Assembly (NCBI GenBank): GCA_050293845.1
Contig: JBNKNM010000147.1
Coordinates: forward strand, 1 to 14,045
From: Pseudobacteriovorax sp.
Lineage (GTDB): Bacteria > Bdellovibrionota_B > Oligoflexia > Oligoflexales > Oligoflexaceae
Direction: 5' to 3'
Length of the DNA: 14,045 nt
The notes under the pieces were generated by a model that worked only from the letters and a program-made list of their open reading frames with translations, searched no databases and was not told the origin of the DNA. Shown one piece after another: positions 8,482 to 14,045 of this stretch. Every line of letters starts with the position of its first letter. Positions within the stretch are counted from its first letter, which is position 1. A program made the translations under genes and the position numbers.

Positions 8482-9081
8482 GTGTCTGAATTTAATCTGC
8501 CAGAGAGGCTAACTTATTCCATGAAATCAAAAGAACTCAGTACTTGGTTTAAAAATTTACCCAATAAACTAACTTTATTCCGCATGGGTGTTGTGCCTCT
8601 CATTCTGCTAATTTTCCCCTGGGACTATGTAGCATTACGTATTTTTTGTGCCTTCTTATTTGGCTTAGGTGCGATCACAGATTTTTTTGACGGCTACTTA
8701 GCTCGACGTTACCAATTAGAAACTAAATTAGGAGCTATATTAGACCCCATTTCTGATAAGGTGCTGGCTGCTGCCGCCATTATCTTGCTAACCAATGCAG
8801 GAATCATTGTACCATGGATCGCTGCTTTAATAATCTGTCGCGAGATAGCAATCTCTGGCTTAAGACTAGCCGCTAAAGAGCAAGGTATCGATATTTCAGT
8901 GAATAGTTTTGGCAAATGGAAAACTGCCATCCAGGATATAGCTATTATTCTTCTGATGACAACCATCCCAGAGGTGTATGGGTATGGTATGGCTCTTATA
9001 TGGGTATCTTTATTTCTTTCTTACTACTCAGCATACCTCTACTGGCAAAAGTTCTGGGAAGTTATAGGAAAAGACAAATAA
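8482..9081 (+). CDS. pgsA: CDP-diacylglycerol--glycerol-3-phosphate 3-phosphatidyltransferase
   Basis: NLPNKLTLFR, CDP-alcohol phosphotransferase signature TDFFDGYLARR...GAILDPISDK, IICREIAISGLR, GKWKT. The real start may be the ATG at 8521. Confidence 0.93.
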   Translation: MSEFNLPERLTYSMKSKELSTWFKNLPNKLTLFRMGVVPLILLIFPWDYVALRIFCAFLFGLGAITDFFDGYLARRYQLETKLGAILDPISDKVLAAAAIILLTNAGIIVPWIAALIICREIAISGLRLAAKEQGIDISVNSFGKWKTAIQDIAIILLMTTIPEVYGYGMALIWVSLFLSYYSAYLYWQKFWEVIGKDK

Positions 9082-9134
9082 CCTGCAGTTAACAGTGTGT
9101 TGTAGCTAAAATGGCACTAATTACTCGATCTCAA

Positions 9135-9161
9135 TTAAATTAATTTTCTTTTAACCGATAG
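9135..9161 (+). promoter_or_regulatory. Possible sigma-28-like promoter
   Basis: TTAA (9135-9138)-N15, or TAAA (9136-9139)-N14, then ACCGATAG (9154-9161), 42 nt before the GTG at 9204. Confidence 0.4.
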
Positions 9162-9203
9162 CATATATAGACACCGAAAATTGATTTTAGAGTTTGATAT
9201 ACT

Positions 9204-10007
9204 GTGACCACTTCTCCCAAAAAAAAGAGGTTTGAAGGCCTAATCCAATTTAAAGACAGCCTTCGCCTTACATTAGTTTGTCTACAAGCATCCTTGCGTG
9301 AGAAGTTTGCTACATCTCTCCAATCCCCACTTGTGGCGCATCTGGACTCCGAACATGACACAAAAAATCATTTGCTATTTTCCAAAAACAATGCTGTCGG
9401 GCATATCAAAATGCTTGACGACCTTAATGACCAGCATATACTATGCCGTATTTACCAAGTTAAAGGCATAGACCTCTCTACTGAGATTTTTTGGCAGTCT
9501 ACGCCTCCTGCATCTCTTTCCATATGGATAGACCCTAGAGATAGCCTGTCTACGAGCTATGTTTATAGTATTATTTCATACCTTTGTGAAAAGGACTTAC
9601 CCCTAGATATTTCCTCTTGCCACTGCTGGGGAAGCTATAAAATAGCAGCGTATCACAAATCTCAATCTGCAAGCCAAGCCTGGTTAACTCAATGGAAAGA
9701 TGAACTGGGTTTGGATGAAGAAAGGGTAAGACTATACGCCCGCATTCTGCGTATGGGGTGGAAACAGTTTTCAAATGTAACATCCATCATTATCACCTCA
9801 GACGGTACTTATATCTCTCTAACCATTGAGGGAAAGTTGAAGCAATGCCAAAATATGCAAGGCTTTATTATTCCCCTATGCCAATTACCTGTCCATATTG
9901 TTACAGTAAATTACGACACAACGGATCAGATTGACTTTTGCATCCCGATTCGCATGAACAAACTTGCCCCTTTAAAAGGTTTTATTATCGTCGAAAATAC
10001 ATCTTAA
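9204..10007 (+). CDS. Hypothetical protein (267 aa)
   Basis: Long ORF filling the gap between pgsA and the next gene; no family recognised; start uncertain. Confidence 0.7.
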   Translation: MTTSPKKKRFEGLIQFKDSLRLTLVCLQASLREKFATSLQSPLVAHLDSEHDTKNHLLFSKNNAVGHIKMLDDLNDQHILCRIYQVKGIDLSTEIFWQSTPPASLSIWIDPRDSLSTSYVYSIISYLCEKDLPLDISSCHCWGSYKIAAYHKSQSASQAWLTQWKDELGLDEERVRLYARILRMGWKQFSNVTSIIITSDGTYISLTIEGKLKQCQNMQGFIIPLCQLPVHIVTVNYDTTDQIDFCIPIRMNKLAPLKGFIIVENTS

Positions 10008-10109
10008 ATTTCCCATTAAGTTTAGAAGTATAAGAGATTTGGAGGTTTATATTTTTGCTATTAGTTAGAAATTTTCAAAAAAAACTTTACAATATATTTG
10101 CTTGTAAAA

Positions 10110-10138
10110 GTGACAATCCCAATTATTGCCTTTATAAT
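10110..10138 (+). promoter_or_regulatory. Putative sigma-70 promoter
   Basis: GTGACA (10110-10115), N17, TATAAT (10133-10138) in an AT-rich intergenic region; GGAG SD at 10171-10174. Confidence 0.6.
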
Positions 10139-10182
10139 CAAAATACAAGAGCCAAAAAGAAAAATTATTCGGAGCCGAAATC

Positions 10183-10752
10183 ATGGAATTTCCGCAAATC
10201 GGAACTCCCTTAGGGTTCTTTTTAATCATTTGTTGCCTTTGGATCTGGACGCTTCGCAAGGGTAAGGCCCACTTATTTCAACAGGAACTAGTTTTAAGAG
10301 ATCAAAATCGATCTGCTAGCTGGGCTTTTCTTACTTGCTCCATTTTGCAGGTTTTTGTTCCTTTGTTTAACCCCATGAAATGGCTCATGAGCCTCATAGC
10401 TTTCGCAACTTTTATTATTTTTGCCATCATGAGCAATCGCGATGATGAAAGTTTTTGGCGGAAGAGGAGAAATGTTTTTTTTGGCGGTATCATAGTTTTG
10501 TTAGTATTCCTACTCCTCCCTTACCTCTTCAAAGAGCTATTATTTGTACCCTTAGTTACGGCCTTGTCTATCGCGCACCTAGCACACCGACGATTTACGG
10601 GGATATTTACAAATAACCTTAGAGATTTAAAAGCCTTACAGGCAAAAATCCTTCGCCACGATGCAGAACTTCGCAATAATAAGTCCCATGCTTTTGATAG
10701 CAAATCAGAACAAATGACTGAGTACTCTGAGCCTATTGAAACCACAGCCTAA
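10183..10752 (+). CDS. Hypothetical integral membrane protein
   Basis: About five hydrophobic segments followed by a short coiled-coil-like charged C-tail; SD and promoter upstream. Confidence 0.8.
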   Translation: MEFPQIGTPLGFFLIICCLWIWTLRKGKAHLFQQELVLRDQNRSASWAFLTCSILQVFVPLFNPMKWLMSLIAFATFIIFAIMSNRDDESFWRKRRNVFFGGIIVLLVFLLLPYLFKELLFVPLVTALSIAHLAHRRFTGIFTNNLRDLKALQAKILRHDAELRNNKSHAFDSKSEQMTEYSEPIETTA

Positions 10753-10778
10753 CTGCCAGTTAATAGCCGACATACCCG

Positions 10779-10809
10779 TTGACAATACCCCGCCATACTC
10801 CTAAAAAAG
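10779..10809 (+). promoter_or_regulatory. Putative sigma-70-type promoter for the kinase gene
   Basis: TTGACA (10779-10784), N17, TAAAAA (10802-10807). Confidence 0.45.
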
Positions 10810-10842
10810 TTATTTACCTCAATTTTTGGAGCAATCGAGAAA

Positions 10843-11811
10843 ATGAAAAAATTTGATGTCTCATCAATTTGTAACGCCTTATTGGATATTTTAGTCTATG
10901 CCGAGGAAAAGGATATTACGGCACTTGGCTTGACCAAAGGCATCATGCATCTTGTGGACGATACACGACAAAAAGAGGTAGAAAGCCATTTTGACGCTAA
11001 AAAAGAAACCCAAGAACTGGGAGGCTCTAGCCTCAACGCTATGCGAACATTAGCTGCCTTGGGTGCCAACACAGCTTTCGCTGGTATGATTGGTGACGAT
11101 GGTATCGGTAATCATATAACCAACCGCATGGAAGAAATTGGTATCGAAGCTCATCTTCAGAAGTCATCTCAGGCGTCCACAGGGACCTGTTTCATTTTGG
11201 TAACACCGGATGGTGAGCGCACCATGAATACCAATCTAGGGGCCTCATGCTTATTTGACGAGTCTCTCGTTCCTGAAGATATGATAAAAAATTCAAAAAT
11301 ATTTCACTTTTGTGGCTATCAATGGGGAAGCCCGGCCCAGATAAAAGCTATCAGGAAAGCCATTAAAATAGCAAAAGAAAATGGATGTCTGGTCAGTTTT
11401 GATGTAGCTGACCCTTTCGTCGTCGAGCAAAACCGCGCCGACTTCATTGAAATTATAAGCCAGGCGGACATAGTATTCGCTAACAAGGATGAGGCCAAGC
11501 TTCTCTATCAATCAACACCCCAAGCAGCTTGCGATGCCATTGCAGAAACAGGCGCTGTTGCAGTCATCAAGCTTTCAGCAGAGGGAGCTCTTATCGGTAA
11601 GGGGAAGGATCGCGTTAAGGTCGCCCCGGTTCCCACCAAGGTTGTCGATACAACTGCAGCAGGTGACATGTTTGCTGCAGGCTTTTTATACGGTTACTGC
11701 AATGGAGAAGACCTAGCAAAATGCGGTCATGTTGCCGCTACACTAGCTAGTGACGTTATCAGTAGATTAGGCGGTATTGTGTCAAAGGATGCCATTGAAA
11801 AAGTCAGGTAG
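10843..11811 (+). CDS. PfkB-family carbohydrate/nucleoside kinase, adenosine kinase-like
   Basis: NALLDI...GLTKGIMHLVD N-terminus typical of bacterial adenosine kinases, GGSSLNA, TPDGERTMNTNLGA, FANKDEA and PfkB signature VVDTTAAGDMFAAGFLYG. Confidence 0.9.
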   Translation: MKKFDVSSICNALLDILVYAEEKDITALGLTKGIMHLVDDTRQKEVESHFDAKKETQELGGSSLNAMRTLAALGANTAFAGMIGDDGIGNHITNRMEEIGIEAHLQKSSQASTGTCFILVTPDGERTMNTNLGASCLFDESLVPEDMIKNSKIFHFCGYQWGSPAQIKAIRKAIKIAKENGCLVSFDVADPFVVEQNRADFIEIISQADIVFANKDEAKLLYQSTPQAACDAIAETGAVAVIKLSAEGALIGKGKDRVKVAPVPTKVVDTTAAGDMFAAGFLYGYCNGEDLAKCGHVAATLASDVISRLGGIVSKDAIEKVR

Positions 11812-11816
11812 TTCGT

Positions 11817-12110
11817 TCACCATGGGTCGGGACGAAGTTTTGGAGCTTGATATTCCAATTTATAGGGCTCAGCTGGATAGAAGTCCGCCCCACGCACTAA
11901 GGACCAATAGAATTTTTCTGCTGATTTTTTATTGTAGAATACAACGTAAGCTTCCCTGAACTCTTTTAGCTCAGGGACTGTATAATTAACAATAACTTTG
12001 TATCCACCATTAGGTTGGAACTCAAACCATACTTTATTGGCTGTAAAGGCTAAAGTGATATCTGCAACAATTAATAGACATAAGGTAACAGATATTCTAA
12101 GTATTGGCAT
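11817..12110 (-). CDS. Small hypothetical exported protein
   Basis: Signal-peptide-like N-terminus (MPILRISVTLCLLIVADITLA), aromatic-rich mature part, GGAG SD just upstream on the minus strand. Confidence 0.8.
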   Translation of the reverse strand: MPILRISVTLCLLIVADITLAFTANKVWFEFQPNGGYKVIVNYTVPELKEFREAYVVFYNKKSAEKFYWSLVRGADFYPAEPYKLEYQAPKLRPDPW

Positions 12111-12137
12111 AAATTACTCCCGGGAGGGCCCAAGGCG

Positions 12138-12165
12138 GCATCGGCTTTTTGATGCTAAATCTTTA
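12138..12165 (-). promoter_or_regulatory. Possible sigma-28-like promoter
   Basis: Minus strand TAAA (12165-12162), N16, GCCGATGC (12145-12138), 27 nt before the ATG at 12110; spacer 1 nt longer than canonical. Confidence 0.45.
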
Positions 12166-12245
12166 TTTAAAGACCTCTCAAGGGTGGATTGATCATAGTG
12201 GGGAAGTAACTTCTCACCTGTCGTAATTAAGAAAGGCAAGCTTGA

Positions 12246-12977
12246 ATGGCAAAAAACAGCAAGAAACCGGGATTTTTCAGCCCAGAGAATTTAAAGTCAC
12301 TTTTCTTTTTAGTTCTGTTAGTTCTCTGTTTTCGTTGGTCTATCGCTTCCCCTTACCACGTTCCCACAGCATCCATGGAACCAACCATTAAAGTTGGTGA
12401 TAGACTGTTAGCATTTAAACTATCCTACGGTTTCAAAATTCCCTTTACCGACTACTCACTGATAGAATGGAGCAAACCTCATAGGGGAGATATCATTGTA
12501 TTCAAATACCCGAAAAACACATCTATTGACTACGTTAAAAGGGTTATCGGTTTACCGGGAGATCATGTCAAAGTGATTAGCAATACTCTCTATATCAATG
12601 GAGAAAAGCAGGAAATCTCTGATCATAATAGCAACCGTAACATATTAACAGACATCCAAGACAACCCGGAAGGTAAAAACTTATTTCGTGAAAAGCTTTT
12701 TGAAGTGGATCATTGGGTCATCTTGGATAAGTCCAACCCTATGCAAATCTTTAAACCACGCTATCCTAGCGAAGGTGAGTTCGTAGTACCCGAAGATTCC
12801 TACTTTGTTATGGGGGATAATCGTGACAATTCAACGGACTCTAGAAGCTGGGGAGTCGTACATAAATCCTATATACGTGGAAAAGCTTTATTCGTCATCT
12901 GGAGCATGTTTTCACCCGATGACCAGGACTTAATGCCTGATGTTCGTTTTGATAGATTTGGACACTGGCTCATCTAG
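12246..12977 (+). CDS. lepB: Signal peptidase I
   Basis: N-terminal TM segment, VPTASMEPT (catalytic Ser), DYVKRVIGLPGD (catalytic Lys), GDNRDNSTDSR box. Confidence 0.96.
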   Translation: MAKNSKKPGFFSPENLKSLFFLVLLVLCFRWSIASPYHVPTASMEPTIKVGDRLLAFKLSYGFKIPFTDYSLIEWSKPHRGDIIVFKYPKNTSIDYVKRVIGLPGDHVKVISNTLYINGEKQEISDHNSNRNILTDIQDNPEGKNLFREKLFEVDHWVILDKSNPMQIFKPRYPSEGEFVVPEDSYFVMGDNRDNSTDSRSWGVVHKSYIRGKALFVIWSMFSPDDQDLMPDVRFDRFGHWLI

Positions 12978-13114
12978 TACGGTTAGACTATTATTTGCCC
13001 CACTAATGGAATAGAACACTTTTCTGTTTTCTATCGGATGATAGGGATGTGATTCCTGACATGTAGTATAATAATAAGTATTCACTAGAATACTTCATAA
13101 TTTTTGGTAACGAC

Positions 13115-13141
13115 TAAATGAAATTTTAAGATTGCCGAAAT
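13115..13141 (+). promoter_or_regulatory. Putative sigma-28 (FliA) promoter
   Basis: TAAA (13115-13118), N15, GCCGAAAT (13134-13141), 41 nt before the ATG at 13183. Confidence 0.6.
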
Positions 13142-13182
13142 GCTAGTAGCTGGGTTCGGATTTCACCAGAGGGAGGCATTTA

Positions 13183-13488
13183 ATGGCTACCGGACAAATA
13201 GAGCAGAACGATATTGTTTTCGCGAGGGAATACTGGACTGGAGACTCCCGAGATGGGCACCTCGTAAATGGTGATGGCTATCACTACTACCAAATCACAA
13301 AAAAAGGCCGCATTCTAGAAGCCTACGAATATTACGAAAAAGAGGATGGGACTTATGTCGTTTCACCTCTCCCCGAAATGCTAAATATTGACTGGATCAA
13401 AGATTTAGGATTTGATGACCTAGATGTTCTTGATTTTATTGATGAAAGTGAATTTGAATCGATCAAGCACATGACTCATGAAAATTAG
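13183..13488 (+). CDS. Small acidic hypothetical protein (101 aa)
   Basis: Strong SD (GGAGG) about 6 nt before the ATG; globular-looking acidic/aromatic sequence; no family recognised. Confidence 0.85.
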   Translation: MATGQIEQNDIVFAREYWTGDSRDGHLVNGDGYHYYQITKKGRILEAYEYYEKEDGTYVVSPLPEMLNIDWIKDLGFDDLDVLDFIDESEFESIKHMTHEN

Positions 13489-13515
13489 CCTGGCTTGCTA
13501 AGAGCTAGTACTATC

Positions 13516-13634
13516 GGAATCCGAAAAATTCTTCGTTTGCAGCTCATACCAGCCTTTCGAAATCCTCACGTACCTTGGTACGCTGCGATTTAGTAAGATC
13601 GACATGCCTTGCACCCGAAGCTTTTTCGCATTCC
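13516..13634. repeat. 119-nt imperfect palindromic intergenic element (MITE/REP-like or structured RNA)
   Basis: Ends GGAATCCGAAAAATTCTTCG and CGAAGCTTTTTCGCATTCC are near-complementary; apex CGTAC-CTTG-GTACG at 13569-13582; internal pairings AAATC/GATTT and TGCA/TGCA. Confidence 0.75.
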
Positions 13635-13682
13635 TTAAAATTATTAACTTATTTTTCAATTTTCCAATCCGAGGTACTAATC

Positions 13683-13904
13683 TTAATCAACAATGCTTAA
13701 TTGATCTTCTGAGATTTTTCGGTGATCTAGAATATGTTTGTACCAGCCTACCGTTTGGTCTACCAACCAACCGTAGGCTGCGAATTGATTTGCAGGAATC
13801 ATTTCTTCGCAGAAGTCCCTAAGATCATGAATGGTCCCTTCAGGATTTTCTTTTATCCAAACCTTGACCTGCTTTTTAAAAGAGTTAAGATCAACCATAT
13901 ACAA
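13683..13904 (-). CDS. Small helical hypothetical protein (71-73 aa)
   Basis: AGAAAGGT SD upstream; amphipathic helical sequence; start is TTG 13904 or ATG 13898. Confidence 0.8.
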   Translation of the reverse strand: MYMVDLNSFKKQVKVWIKENPEGTIHDLRDFCEEMIPANQFAAYGWLVDQTVGWYKHILDHRKISEDQLSIVD

Positions 13905-13987
13905 TAATACCTTTCTTCTGGATTATTCTTGATCCCTGATTTAGCCTAAATATCTCACTGGCAATTATCTAATGTGATTTACTGATC

Positions 13988-14014
13988 CGGTCGGTAAATT
14001 TTGCAATGTCTTTA
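13988..14014 (-). promoter_or_regulatory. Possible sigma-28-like promoter
   Basis: Minus strand TAAA(G) (14014-14011), N15, ACCGACCG (13995-13988), upstream of the 73-aa gene; 3' half of the -10 is degenerate. Confidence 0.45.
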
Positions 14015-14045
14015 GGCAAAAACTTCCTAACACTGAAAGGTCAAT

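Noticed and set aside
10155..10181. GCCGAAAT as a sigma-28 -10 box
   Set aside because: It overlaps the SD, ends 1 nt before the ATG and has AAAA rather than TAAA at -35; a better sigma-70 promoter lies upstream.
11641..11700. AAGD instead of GAGD in the PfkB anion hole
   Set aside because: DTTAAGD is a common variant in active ribokinase-family enzymes, and the catalytic Asp is retained.
13031..13057. TCCGATAG on the minus strand after lepB
   Set aside because: No matching -35 element and no gene downstream on that strand.
13516..13634. Palindrome as a CRISPR repeat or 6S RNA
   Set aside because: Single unit with no spacers or cas genes; shorter than typical 6S RNA and lacks an obvious large central bubble.
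13604..13822. 72-aa plus-strand ORF
   Set aside because: Starts inside the palindrome, is antisense to the better-supported 73-aa gene and has no SD.

Overview
AT-rich bacterial chromosomal window with no mobile-element enzymes, rRNA/tRNA or CRISPR array. The gene style suggests Oligoflexia/Bdellovibrionota, but that is inference only. Left to right: 5' part of an HU gene (missing from the ORF track), cydAB (cytochrome bd-type oxidase, minus strand), a tightly packed plus-strand unit of a very long MCP-like chemoreceptor, a divergent flagellin and an App1/HAD-type phosphatase, then nadB, pgsA, two hypothetical genes, a PfkB/adenosine kinase, a small secreted protein, lepB, and two small convergent orphan genes flanking a 119-nt imperfect palindrome. 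The main candidate for an undescribed system is the MCP-flagellin-phosphatase operon, preceded by two tandem sigma-28 (FliA)-like promoters. Further sigma-28-like promoters sit upstream of four orphan genes, suggesting unknown members of a late motility regulon.
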